NCBI GenBank assembly: GCA_012270965.1
Contig: JAAXHJ010000044.1
Coordinates: 18,311 to 82,310 of the forward strand
DNA: 64,000 bases
Reading direction: 5' to 3'
Origin: Candidatus Palauibacter poriticola
GTDB taxonomy: Bacteria; Gemmatimonadota; Gemmatimonadetes; Palauibacterales; Palauibacteraceae
This document shows positions 43,045-52,672 of the stretch, piece by piece. The translations under genes were made by a program, and so were the position numbers. The notes beneath the pieces are model-generated. The model did no database searches. It had not been told where the DNA came from and saw only the letters and a list, made by a program, of their open reading frames with translations. Within the stretch, counting starts at the first letter, position 1; each line of letters opens with the position of its first letter.

Positions 43045-43409
43045 GGCGCGGCGGGCAGCGGGCGGGGCCGCGAGAGGATGATCTCGAGTTTCGCCGCCGG
43101 GGCCGCCGGCAGGGACACGGTCACGAGGGCGTGCTTGAGCCGCGGCAAGGGTTCGCTCACGTCGTGCGAGACGTCGAATCGGCGTCCACCGATGTCGACG
43201 GTGCTCGTGTGGGAGGTCGCGGCCGCGTGTCCGGCCCGCACGAGCGACTCCACCGCGTTTCGACCCGCGAGCGTGTGCTCCGTGTCCCGCCCCGCCCTCA
43301 CCGCTTGGGAACCGATCCCAAGCACCACGCCCGCCGCACCGAGGATCCCGACGGACGTCACGACGATGGCCAGCAGGACCTCGACCAGACTGAAGCCCGC
43401 GGTCCTCAA
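43041..43409 (-). CDS. Type IV minor pilin (PilV/GspI-like).
   Basis: GFSLVEVLLAIVVTSVGILG. Confidence 0.55.
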   Translation of the reverse strand: MRTAGFSLVEVLLAIVVTSVGILGAAGVVLGIGSQAVRAGRDTEHTLAGRNAVESLVRAGHAAATSHTSTVDIGGRRFDVSHDVSEPLPRLKHALVTVSLPAAPAAKLEIILSRPRPLPAAP

Positions 43410-43882
43410 TGTTGAAACGCTTCCGCGCGAACCCGGCCCACGAAGTTCGACACCAGCCGAATGCCGCGCTTGCCGCGATACAGGTAGACGCTACCGGGGG
43501 ATCCGTGACCCCGCGCGTTGTAACGGAGAGTGGCGGGGCGCAGCCGCACCGAGTCGAGGCGGCCGAAGGCGTGCCCCCCGAGGTCGACGCGCGACAGCAG
43601 CGGTCCTCCGCGCCGCGACACTTCGAGCCGGGTTCCCGCCAGCGTCACCGCGGTCGGAGCATGGTTTGCCACGGCGTGGAGGCGGGCCAGTGCGAGTTGC
43701 GACTCCACCACTCTGGCGGCTCGCGTCAGGCTGAAGCGGTCGAGGGGCTGGCGAGAGATGATGAAGGTCGCGGCCAACCCCGTGACGGCCAGCGCGACCG
43801 CGACCTCCATCAGACTGAACCCACTCCGCCTCGTATGCGATCCCTGCGATCCGGGTAATCCGGGCGGTCCGCCATGCTGCAC
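43406..43882 (-). CDS. Type IV minor pilin (FimT/GspH-like).
   Basis: GFSLMEVAVALAVTGLAATFII. Confidence 0.55.
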   Translation of the reverse strand: MQHGGPPGLPGSQGSHTRRSGFSLMEVAVALAVTGLAATFIISRQPLDRFSLTRAARVVESQLALARLHAVANHAPTAVTLAGTRLEVSRRGGPLLSRVDLGGHAFGRLDSVRLRPATLRYNARGHGSPGSVYLYRGKRGIRLVSNFVGRVRAEAFQH

Positions 43883-43970
43883 GGGGTGCTTCCTTCCTCG
43901 AATGAGCGTTCCGATTCTCCCCGTTAAGGATCGGCCCCCGCGTCAACGGCGCATCAACGCCGGTGTCGAG

Positions 43971-44432
43971 CTAGCAGCTCGTGGCCTCGTTGATCTGTCC
44001 GACGGCACCCGCGGCGTTCGCGGCCGACGAGTTGACGCACCACGTGTTCGGCGAGGATGCGTGTTTCGCCGTGATCTGGTAGCCGTCCGGATAGGCCGTC
44101 ACGGTCAGCGCGATGTTCGTGCTGGCCTGAAAGTCCCGCGTGCCGTCGCCGTCCAGGTCCGCCCCCGCGCCGGCGGCCACGCTGACCGCGGCGTACGCCT
44201 GGTGATTGAAGAAGTACGCTTCCTCCGCCGTCATCATGTTGCGGATGTCGCTCTGCGCGGCGGCGTCGAACGCCTTCTCCTTCGTACTCGTGAACTGCGG
44301 AATCGCGATGGCCGCGAGCACGCCGATGATGACGACCACGATCAGCAGTTCGATCAGCGTGAACCCCTCCGCACCACTCTTCGTCGTTCCGCCACTCCTC
44401 GTCGTTCCGCCATTCCTCGTCGCTGTTCTCAT
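43971..44432 (-). CDS. pilA: Type IVa major pilin PilA with an unusually long, duplicated leader (24 aa).
   Basis: MRTATRNGGTTRSGGTTKSGAEG|FTLIELLIVVVIIGVLAAIAIPQF. C-terminal Cys pair. Confidence 0.75.
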   Translation of the reverse strand: MRTATRNGGTTRSGGTTKSGAEGFTLIELLIVVVIIGVLAAIAIPQFTSTKEKAFDAAAQSDIRNMMTAEEAYFFNHQAYAAVSVAAGAGADLDGDGTRDFQASTNIALTVTAYPDGYQITAKHASSPNTWCVNSSAANAAGAVGQINEATSC

Positions 44433-44541
44433 CCCTCTCCTCACTTCCGCCCGGGTTGGATCTTCGGCAGCACCCCCGGTGGGGCTGCGCGGGCCGCGGT
44501 GCCGGCGACGCGCCGACGACCGCGGACGGTTACCCCACAGA

Positions 44542-45003
44542 TTAGGCATCGTCCAGCAACGGGGTCTCAACACCCCAGTCCGGCGGCTCATCGAAGCCGG
44601 TGACGGCCCGGATTCGGCCATGCCGCACCGACAGCGTCAGCGAATGCACCCGTCCGGCGCCGTCACGCAGCGGCCAACGGGTCTCCGCCGTCCCGGCCGC
44701 CGGCTCCGGGGGCGGCAACCCCAGCGCGCGCCAAGCCTCTCGCACGGTGTCGAACCCCTCCGCGAAGGCGGCCGTCCACGACCGGACGAGGGCCGGACCG
44801 CCGATCCGGCCGGGCCTGGCTCGCAGCCGCAGCGTCCAGTTCGAACCCTCGAAGCGCAGCCACCGGTCCTCCCCAACCCGCCGGTCCGCCGCCGCGCGTC
44901 CGTACCGCTCGAAGGCGGCATCGACCGGCTGTCCGAGGAGGTCCCGCACATGCGGAGCCGTCCCACGGTGGATCGCGTCTTCGTCGCTTGCGTTCGCGGA
45001 CAT
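44542..45003 (-). CDS. Hypothetical protein between pilA and pilC (start MSANASDEDA).
   Basis: ORF only. No recognisable motif. Same strand as, and inside, the pilus cluster. Confidence 0.3.
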   Translation of the reverse strand: MSANASDEDAIHRGTAPHVRDLLGQPVDAAFERYGRAAADRRVGEDRWLRFEGSNWTLRLRARPGRIGGPALVRSWTAAFAEGFDTVREAWRALGLPPPEPAAGTAETRWPLRDGAGRVHSLTLSVRHGRIRAVTGFDEPPDWGVETPLLDDA

Positions 45004-45143
45004 GCGCCAAGAAGAGGAACGCGGGGGGAACCCCGCAAGCCGCGCGGATCCGCGTCCCGAGCAGCTCGCGGCAAGAGTTTCGCTGCGTTCGAGCGGCGCT
45101 GAGGCGGGGTCTTGCCACGGGCCGCCGGAGGTCCGCGGCATCG

Positions 45144-46247
45144 TCACTGGATCGCGTTGATGAGGTCGAAGATGGGGAGGTACATGGCGATGATCATCCC
45201 GCCGACGATACCTCCGAGGATCACGATGAGAAGGGGCTCCAATATCCTCAGCAGACTCTCGGCGCCGACATCGACTTCATCGTCGTAGAAGTCGGCGATC
45301 CGGGCCAGCATCCCATCGAGATCTCCGGTCTCCTCTCCAACGTGGATCATGCGGGCCACCATGGGGGGGAAGGCCTCGGTTTCGCCCAAAGGCCGCGCGA
45401 TGGCGTCACCCCGGCGGATCGCGACCCGACTCGCCCGTATCGCGTCCTCGATCACGCGGTTCCCCGCCGTCCGCGCCGTAATGTCGAGTCCCTCGAGAAT
45501 GGGAACGCCCGACGAGAGTAGCGTTCCCAAGGTCCGCGTGACGCGCGACACCGCGGCCTTCCGGATCAGCGAACCGAGAACCGGCAGTTGCAGCAGGATG
45601 CGGTCGAAGTGCCGCCGGCCCGCGTCCGTGGCGGTCCAGCGCCGCAGCATCAGGGCCGCGCCGGCCGCCGCGGCGAGCAGCGCCCACCACCAGTCTTGGA
45701 CAATCCCGGAGAGGCCGATGACGGCGCGCGTCGGGAGCGGGAGCGTCGCGTCGAAGCTCGCGAACACGGCCTCGAACGTCGGGATCACGAAGAGAAGGAG
45801 CGTCGCGACGACCGCGATGGCCACCGCGAGCACGACGGCCGGATAGAGCATGGCGCCCCTTACCTTGCGACGGATCTGCTCGCTCTTCTCGAGAAAGGTG
45901 GCGAGGCGGTCGAGCATCCCGTCCAGCCTGCTCCCCGATTCACCCGCGTGGATCATGTTCACGTAGAGCGGCGTGAAGATGCGGGGGTGCCTGCCGAGCG
46001 CGCCGGCGAGCGTGTTCCCGGCCTCCACATCGCGCAGCGTGTCGCGGGCCGCCCGCCGCAGCGCGGAGTTGTCCGCCTGGAGCGCGAGCGTCTCCAGCGT
46101 CCGGGTGAGCGGCAACCCGGCGCCGGCCATCACGGAGAACTGCCGCGTGAAGAGCACGAGATCACGCGTCTTCACCCGTGCCGGCCATGCGAGGATCCGG
46201 CTCCGCGCGCGCGCGCGCCGGCCCAGCTTCGCCGCGATCGACGTCAC
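45144..46247 (-). CDS. pilC: Type IV pilus platform protein PilC (GspF family).
   Basis: Two GspF-type repeats and polytopic TM segments. The N-terminus may extend further. Confidence 0.85.
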   Translation of the reverse strand: MTSIAAKLGRRARARSRILAWPARVKTRDLVLFTRQFSVMAGAGLPLTRTLETLALQADNSALRRAARDTLRDVEAGNTLAGALGRHPRIFTPLYVNMIHAGESGSRLDGMLDRLATFLEKSEQIRRKVRGAMLYPAVVLAVAIAVVATLLLFVIPTFEAVFASFDATLPLPTRAVIGLSGIVQDWWWALLAAAAGAALMLRRWTATDAGRRHFDRILLQLPVLGSLIRKAAVSRVTRTLGTLLSSGVPILEGLDITARTAGNRVIEDAIRASRVAIRRGDAIARPLGETEAFPPMVARMIHVGEETGDLDGMLARIADFYDDEVDVGAESLLRILEPLLIVILGGIVGGMIIAMYLPIFDLINAIQ

Positions 46248-46352
46248 GGGCTCTCGGCCGCGGGAGAGGTGGACCGGCCGCCAGCCCCCACATCATCCAC
46301 CCGACACCATCGCCGGCGGCCGGCCCCGTCCGCTCTCCTCACATCGACCCTT

Positions 46353-47441
46353 TCACCTCGCGGATCCATCCGCCGCGGACGTACTCGCCATGCGACGGAA
46401 TTCGGCGGCGTCGGAGGTGATCCGCAGACACTCCTCGAAGTCCACCTGCCGCCGGACGTAGAGCCGGTGGAGCGCATCGTTGAGCGTCCGCATGCCGTAC
46501 CTGCGCGCGGTCTGCATCGCGGACTGGACCTGGTGGACCCTCGCCTCCCGGATCAGAGCCCGGACCGCGGGCGTCGCGATCAGCACCTCGCAGGCGACGA
46601 CGCGTCCGCCGCCTCGCGCGCGGCGAAGGAGCGTCTGGGTGACAACGCCCTCGAAGACCTGGGCGAACTGCGCGCGCACCTGCTCCTGCCGGTGCGACGC
46701 GAAGGCATCGATGATCCGGTGGATGGACTCCGCCGCCGAACGCGTATGCAGCGTACCGAGCGCGAGGTGCCCGGTCTCGGCGACCGTGAGCGCGGCTTGA
46801 ATCGTCTCGGGATCCCGCAACTCGCCGATGAGGATCACGTCGGGGTCCTGGCGCAGGGCGTAGCGGAGGGCACTGGCGAAGTCGGGCGTGTCCCGCCCGA
46901 TCTCGCGTTGGTTCACGATGCATCGCTTGTGCGGATGTACGAATTCGATCGGATCTTCGATCGTCACGATGTGGCCCGCGCGGGCCGTGTTGATGCGGTC
47001 CACCATCGCGGCCAGCGTCGTCGACTTCCCCGAGCCGGTGGGTCCGGTCACCAGCACGAGCCCGCGCGGTCGGTCCGCCAGCCGGCCGACGACGGACGGC
47101 ACGCCGAGTTCGCTTAGGCTCGGGATCTCAACCGGCACGCGGCGGATGGCGCACGCCAGGCTCCCCCGCTGCCGGAACAGGTTCGCGCGAAAGCGCGAGA
47201 GGCCGGGGATCGCGAAGCCGAGATCTAAGTCGGGCTCGCCGGCGAAGCGCGCGCGCTGGTCCTTCGAGAGCATCGAATGGCCGAGCGCCGCAGTATCCTC
47301 CGCACCCAGCGCGCCCTCCGCGCGACTGTCCGTGAGATTGCCGTCGATTCGCAGCTTCGGGCGTTCGCCCGCGGTCAGGTGCAGGTCGGACGCTCCCCGC
47401 TCGACCATCTCGCTCAGCAGTTCGACCAGACGCGCGTCCAT
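46353..47441 (-). CDS. pilT: Twitching-motility ATPase PilT.
   Basis: GLVLVTGPTGSGKSTTLAAMVD, Asp box, His box. Confidence 0.9.
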   Translation of the reverse strand: MDARLVELLSEMVERGASDLHLTAGERPKLRIDGNLTDSRAEGALGAEDTAALGHSMLSKDQRARFAGEPDLDLGFAIPGLSRFRANLFRQRGSLACAIRRVPVEIPSLSELGVPSVVGRLADRPRGLVLVTGPTGSGKSTTLAAMVDRINTARAGHIVTIEDPIEFVHPHKRCIVNQREIGRDTPDFASALRYALRQDPDVILIGELRDPETIQAALTVAETGHLALGTLHTRSAAESIHRIIDAFASHRQEQVRAQFAQVFEGVVTQTLLRRARGGGRVVACEVLIATPAVRALIREARVHQVQSAMQTARRYGMRTLNDALHRLYVRRQVDFEECLRITSDAAEFRRMASTSAADGSAR

Positions 47442-47451
47442 GCGGGCCGGC

Positions 47452-49050
47452 CTACGCCGGTGTCTCCCTGAGCACGTCTTCGAGCGTCGCGATCCCCCTC
47501 TTCGCCTTGGCGAACCCGTCCTGCCGCAGGGTGATCATCCCCTCGCCGACGGCGCGGCGCTCGATCTCCTCCGCGGATGCGCCCGCGAGGACCAGCCGAC
47601 GGATCGCGGGAGACATCGGAAGAACCTCATACAGGCCCTGGCGTCCCGAATACCCCGACCCGCCGCAGAAATCGCAGCCCGCGCCGCGGTAGAAGGCGCC
47701 CCTTCCGCGTCCGCCCGCTTCCAGTCCGACCGAACTCAGGATCTCGGGTGCGTAGCTCGTCTCGACCCGACAGTCGGGACAGATGCGACCGACGAGCCGC
47801 TGCGCGGTGATGACCTTGACGGCACCGGCCACGTTGAACGCCTCGACCCCCATGTCCACCAGTCGCGTCGCGGTCGAGGCGGCGTCGTTGGTGTGGAGGG
47901 TGGAGAGCACGAGGTGGCCGGTGAGCGCGGCCTTCACGGCGATGCCGCCCGTCTCGCGGTCGCGGATCTCGCCCACCATGAGGATGTTGGGGTCCTGCCG
48001 CAGGAAGGCGCGAAGCGTCGTGGCGAAGGTAAGGCCGATCTTGGGACGAACTTGGACCTGGTTGATGCCCTCGATGCTGTACTCGACCGGATCCTCGGCG
48101 GTCATGATGTTCGCCTCGGGCGTGTTGAGTCTCGTGAGGGCGCTGTAGAGCGTCGTGGTCTTCCCGGAGCCCGTGGGACCCGTGACCAGCACCATGCCCG
48201 ACGTTTGCGCGATCCCCGCAAGCAGGGCGCGTTGCGCGCGCGCCTCCATCCCGAAGGATTCGAGGTCGAAGGCCTGTCGCTCCCTGTCGAGGATGCGGAG
48301 GACGACCTTCTCACCGAACAGCGTGGGAAGCGTCGAGACCCGCAAGTCGATAACTCTGTCCGCAACCGTCAGACGGATCCGGCCGTCCTGGGGAATCCGG
48401 CGCTCCGCGATGTTCAGATCCGCCAGGATCTTGAGGCGAGACGTGAGGGCCGCCGCCATCCGGAAGGGCGGACGCATGATCTCGCGCAGTCTCCCATCCA
48501 AGCGATAGCGGACCCGCAGCTCGCTCTCGTACGGCTCAAAGTGAATGTCCGAGGCACCGCGACGGACCGCATCGCCGAAAACGTGGTCGATGAGCCGGAC
48601 GGCCGGTTCCTCACCGGCTTCGGCCGAATCGGCTCCGGCCGGCGGCGCCCCGGCCGCCTCCTCGGCGCGCCCACTCTCGCGTGCCGTGGCGGCTTCGTAG
48701 CTCCGGTCGATGCGCTGGCGCAGCGTGTGTTCCCCGACTCCGACGGCCTCGATCTCGAACTGGGTGAGGAAGTGCAGGTCGTCGATGAGCGCCGCATCGG
48801 ACGGATCCGCCATGGCGACGGAGAGCGTCCGGCCGGCGCGCCGCAGCGGGAGCACGAGATGCCGGCTCGCGAAGGCCGCGGGGATGAGGCGAAGGACGGT
48901 CGGATCCGAGGCGAGCCGCTTGCGCTTCGCCGCCGGAGTGTCCGCCGCCGGGGTGTCCGCAGCCGGGGTGTCCGCAGCCGGGATGACCGGGGCCGGGGTG
49001 TCTGCGCCCGGAGTGCCCGAGGCCGGGGTGTCCGGGGCCGACGAAGGCAT
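47452..49050 (-). CDS. pilB: Type IV pilus assembly ATPase PilB (GspE family), with an N-terminal (PAADT)n low-complexity repeat.
   Basis: GLVLVTGPTGSGKTTTLYS. C-terminal tetracysteine CPDC...CDFCGGSG. DNA 15-nt repeats at about 48905-49040. Confidence 0.85.
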   Translation of the reverse strand: MPSSAPDTPASGTPGADTPAPVIPAADTPAADTPAADTPAAKRKRLASDPTVLRLIPAAFASRHLVLPLRRAGRTLSVAMADPSDAALIDDLHFLTQFEIEAVGVGEHTLRQRIDRSYEAATARESGRAEEAAGAPPAGADSAEAGEEPAVRLIDHVFGDAVRRGASDIHFEPYESELRVRYRLDGRLREIMRPPFRMAAALTSRLKILADLNIAERRIPQDGRIRLTVADRVIDLRVSTLPTLFGEKVVLRILDRERQAFDLESFGMEARAQRALLAGIAQTSGMVLVTGPTGSGKTTTLYSALTRLNTPEANIMTAEDPVEYSIEGINQVQVRPKIGLTFATTLRAFLRQDPNILMVGEIRDRETGGIAVKAALTGHLVLSTLHTNDAASTATRLVDMGVEAFNVAGAVKVITAQRLVGRICPDCRVETSYAPEILSSVGLEAGGRGRGAFYRGAGCDFCGGSGYSGRQGLYEVLPMSPAIRRLVLAGASAEEIERRAVGEGMITLRQDGFAKAKRGIATLEDVLRETPA

Positions 49051-49748
49051 CACCGCGTCCCCGCGCATACTTGCTCCCGGAAGCGGGCGAGGGAGCGCGC
49101 ACCGATGCCCCGCACGCGGGTCAGGACCTCGGGCGTTTCGAACGGCCCGTTCTGGCTTCGGTCCTCGATGATGCGGGCCGCGATGACGGGTCCGATGCCC
49201 GAAAGGCTCTCGAGTTCCGAGCGACTGGCCCGATTGAGATCGATTCGCGCGCCTCCGGGCGGACAGCCCGTCGACATCGGCGCGTGCGGGGCGGGGGCCG
49301 CACGGGGCGCCCCCGGGACGGGGGCCGCGCGGGGCACCGCGGGCTCAAAACGGATGTGCGGCGCGAGGCGGCGCGCGGTGACCTCCCCGACGCCACGAAC
49401 CCGTTCCAAGTCGTCGGCACCGCGGAACGGAGCCCGTTTCCGTTCCTCGATGAGAGCCTCCGCCAGGCTCGAACCGACGCCGGGCAACCGGCGCAGCTCG
49501 TCGACCGGGGCGCGGTTCACATCGATCTGCTCGCCAGCGGCGAGCGGGGTCTGCGCCCGCTGCTCCCGGGCCAGGGCGGCGACGACCTCGCCCTCGATGC
49601 CCTCCAGATCCGTCGCCGGGTCGATCGTTTCGAGCCCCTCGACGCGGCCCGGGTCGGGCACGAGGAGAGTGCGCGTCACGAGACTCACCCCCACCAGCAC
49701 GAGCGCCGCGCCCAGCCCCCTGCGTTCCGCGCGATTCAGATCCCACAC
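49050..49748 (-). CDS. comEA: ComEA-like DNA-binding competence protein with two helix-hairpin-helix modules.
   Basis: VDVNRAPVDELRRLPGVGSSLAEALIEER and IDLNRASRSELESLSGIGPVIAARIIEDR. Confidence 0.75.
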   Translation of the reverse strand: MWDLNRAERRGLGAALVLVGVSLVTRTLLVPDPGRVEGLETIDPATDLEGIEGEVVAALAREQRAQTPLAAGEQIDVNRAPVDELRRLPGVGSSLAEALIEERKRAPFRGADDLERVRGVGEVTARRLAPHIRFEPAVPRAAPVPGAPRAAPAPHAPMSTGCPPGGARIDLNRASRSELESLSGIGPVIAARIIEDRSQNGPFETPEVLTRVRGIGARSLARFREQVCAGTR

Positions 49749-49926
49749 CCCGCACCTCCCACCGTAACAGGACCGATTCCTGTCCGAGGATCGTGAAGCG
49801 GATCAACCGGCCGTCAACACGGTCATCCGTGGGGCGTGTCGGAGGACGCCGAAAAGCGCTGGCGGCCCGCGGTGAAGCCCCGCTGCGTTCGAGCGGCGCC
49901 GCATCCCGCCCGAACGCCGGGAGACG

Positions 49927-50607
49927 CTAGAAGATGAAGGTGATCTCGGCCCAGCCGTCGACCGGGGTTCCGTCGCGCAGCGCGGGCCGGTATTCCCACG
50001 CGCGTACCTGGCGCATGATGTCGCGGTTGAAGTCCTCATCCGGAGTCGGGGGATCCAGTTCGACGAGACCGGGACGCCCGGTGGCGTCGACGAAGACGCG
50101 CACCGTCACTTCCATGCCGCGGACGGATCCGGGGGGATCCCAGTGCGGCACGACGGATCTCGGCACGGGCGACACGTATCCGTCGCCCTCGCCCCCGCCC
50201 ACCCCCTCATCCCCGAGACCGACCCCGGCCCCGCGCCCCGGCGATGGCACCGGCGCGCCGATGGGGAGCAGTTCGGACCCCACCTCGATCCGCGCCTCCC
50301 GGATCTCGATCTCGGGCATGTCGACGGCGAGGATGGGCCGCGGCGGAGGAGGGATCTCGACTGTCCGGGGCACGGAGACCCGCAACGCCCTCAGGCCGCC
50401 CCCGCCGGCGGGGAGATCCGGATCCACGCCGGGCCGGGCCGCCCGCTCGAACTCGGGCACCGGGCGCACCCACGTGAAGAGGAGGAGGGCGTGCAGGAGG
50501 GCGGAGGCGAGCATCCCACCCCACCACGCGGCCCGCTCCCGGCCGCGGGAGCGCGATGACGCGACGCCGTATCGCCACTCCGGCCGTTTCCTTGTCGTCG
50601 TGCGCAC
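49927..50607 (-). CDS. TonB-family energy-transducer-like protein.
   Basis: TM anchor LASALLHALLLFTWV, a Pro-rich spacer, and the TonB C-terminal domain VTVRVFVDATGRPGLVEL...GTPVDGWAEITFIF. Confidence 0.6.
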   Translation of the reverse strand: MRTTTRKRPEWRYGVASSRSRGRERAAWWGGMLASALLHALLLFTWVRPVPEFERAARPGVDPDLPAGGGGLRALRVSVPRTVEIPPPPRPILAVDMPEIEIREARIEVGSELLPIGAPVPSPGRGAGVGLGDEGVGGGEGDGYVSPVPRSVVPHWDPPGSVRGMEVTVRVFVDATGRPGLVELDPPTPDEDFNRDIMRQVRAWEYRPALRDGTPVDGWAEITFIF

Positions 50608-50811
50608 AGATCCGATCCGACTCCAAATGGTCCCCAGGTCGTCGGGACGGCGTCAGGCGGCCGTCAGCGTAATCCCGGTGAGGCATCGTACGGAGGGCCG
50701 CCCCCCCGGGTTCCCCACATCCGGGTTCCCCGAGCTTGCCGCCCGGTCGGACCTTCCGGCACATTGTGCGCCGCCCGACACGTCTCCATTCAGGAGCCAT
50801 CTTCCGTCTCC

Positions 50812-51843
50812 ATGAAAGCGATCCGCAAACCCGGGCCGGCCCCCGGCCTTGTGCTGTGCGACGCGCCGGTGCCCGAGATTCGCTCGCGCGACGTGCTGGT
50901 CAAGGTGCGGCGCGCGGGGATTTGCGGCACGGATCTACACATTCACGAGTGGGACCGCTGGTCGAGGAACCGCGTGAATCCGCCCGTCACCCTCGGCCAC
51001 GAATTCATGGGAGAGGTCGTCGAGACCGGCCGGCTGGTCCGGAACATCGAGGTCGGAGACCGCGTGTCGGCGGAGGGGCACTTGGTCTGCGGACACTGCG
51101 AGTACTGCGGCACCGAGCATGCGCACGTGTGCCGGGACACCCGGATCATCGGCATCGACCGGGACGGCGCGTTCGCGGAGTACGTCTCCATCCCGGCGGC
51201 GAACATCATCCACATCCCCGATTCCATCGACGACGATCTGGCGGCGGTGTTCGATCCGCTCGGCAACGCTTTCCACACGGTTTTGCACACGGACGTGGCG
51301 GGCCGGGTCGTCGCGGTCGTCGGATGCGGCCCCATCGGCCTGTTCGCCATCGGGATCGCGCGCGCGGCGGGAGCTTCGAGGGTCATTGCGGTCGAGCCGC
51401 ACGAGGGGCGGCGGGAACTCGCGGCGCGCATGGGTGCGCACGACTGCCTCGACCCGGCGGGCGGGGACGTGGAGGCGCGGATCGCCGGCCTCACGCACGG
51501 CTACGGGGCCCACGTGGTGTGCGAGATGAGCGGCCACCCCGAGGGCGTGCGCTCCGCCTTCCGCATGTGCCGCAACGGCGGCCACGTCCGGCTGCTGGGG
51601 CTGCCGAAGGACGATGTCGCGCTGAATCTCGGGCGCGACGTCATCTTCAAGGGTCTCCACGTGTACGGCGTGGTGGGGCGGCTCATGTACCGGACGTGGA
51701 TCGCGATGCGGGACTTCCTGGCGTCGGGACGCCTCGACATCGGTCCGGTGATCACCCACCGGATCCCGTTCGACCGCTTCGAGGAGGGGTTCGACTCCAT
51801 GCATTCCGGCGAGGCGGCGAAGGTCGTCCTCATGCTGGATTAG
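50812..51843 (+). CDS. tdh: L-threonine 3-dehydrogenase.
   Basis: MKAIRK..., GICGTDLHIHEWD and GHEFMGEVVETG motifs. Confidence 0.9.
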   Translation: MKAIRKPGPAPGLVLCDAPVPEIRSRDVLVKVRRAGICGTDLHIHEWDRWSRNRVNPPVTLGHEFMGEVVETGRLVRNIEVGDRVSAEGHLVCGHCEYCGTEHAHVCRDTRIIGIDRDGAFAEYVSIPAANIIHIPDSIDDDLAAVFDPLGNAFHTVLHTDVAGRVVAVVGCGPIGLFAIGIARAAGASRVIAVEPHEGRRELAARMGAHDCLDPAGGDVEARIAGLTHGYGAHVVCEMSGHPEGVRSAFRMCRNGGHVRLLGLPKDDVALNLGRDVIFKGLHVYGVVGRLMYRTWIAMRDFLASGRLDIGPVITHRIPFDRFEEGFDSMHSGEAAKVVLMLD

Positions 51844-51856
51844 CGGTTCGGCCCAC

Positions 51857-52564
51857 GTGGCGCGCGCCGTCGCCCCCGTCCTCCCGTCCCCCGTCGCCCC
51901 GGCCTCCGTCGCCCCGGCTTCCGTCGTCCCGGCGCTCCTCGTCACCGTGCTGCTGACCGCCGGATGCTGGCGGCTCGGGGAGGGCACCTCCAGCGAAGCG
52001 CTCGTCGCCTGGGCGGCGTATCCGGAGACGGTCGAGGTGGGGGCGCCGTTCTCCTTCGAGTTCGGCGGGCCCGTGTCGGAGAACCAGTGCGGGCGCTTGG
52101 ACACCGCCACGCTCGCCGTCACGGACTCCTCGATCGAACTCGCGGCGCGCCGGACGACCTTCCAGTCGGTGTGCGCGCCCCAACACGTCAGCTACTACGA
52201 GGCGCGGCCAATCACGCTCGACGCACCCGGCCACTACCGGGTCCGGACCGCGACGGACATCGATCTCGGCACGCTCGTCGCGACGGACGGAGGAGGATTC
52301 TCCGGCATCCGCACGCGGGGCGAAGGTACGATCCGCGAGGCCGGCGGGTGCTGGCTGTTCGGGCCGGGGTGGATCGGCGCCCAGAGGGTATTCGCGCTCG
52401 ACGGCCTGAGCCCCGAGCTTCGCGAGGCGGAGACGGATCGCATCGTCCATGTTCGCGGGCGGCTGCGAGGCTTCATCTCGTGCGGCAACTGGGGTTCGCG
52501 CCCCAGGATCCGCGTGGACACCGCGTGGATCACCGACAAGCGGGTCGGCGATCTTTACCCCTGA
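51857..52564 (+). CDS. Hypothetical lipoprotein inserted between tdh and kbl.
   Basis: Signal with lipobox ...LLVTVLLTAGCW. No recognisable domain. Confidence 0.45.
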   Translation: MARAVAPVLPSPVAPASVAPASVVPALLVTVLLTAGCWRLGEGTSSEALVAWAAYPETVEVGAPFSFEFGGPVSENQCGRLDTATLAVTDSSIELAARRTTFQSVCAPQHVSYYEARPITLDAPGHYRVRTATDIDLGTLVATDGGGFSGIRTRGEGTIREAGGCWLFGPGWIGAQRVFALDGLSPELREAETDRIVHVRGRLRGFISCGNWGSRPRIRVDTAWITDKRVGDLYP

Positions 52565-52660
52565 GCGGCGGCCCCCCGAGCAGCGGCTTCCTGAGCGGCG
52601 GCCCCTTGAGCGGCTCCCCGAGCGGCCCCTTGAGCGGCTCCCCGAGCGGCGCGAGTCCGG
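52561..52660. repeat. About 7 tandem copies of a 12-15-nt unit (YTGAGCGGCNCCCC), beginning at the stop codon of the lipoprotein gene.
   Basis: Read directly: ctgagcggcggcccc ccgagcagcggcttc ctgagcggcggcccc ttgagcggctcc ccgagcggcccc ttgagcggctcc ccgagcggcgcg. Confidence 0.75.
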
Positions 52661-52672
52661 GGACGACGTGAT

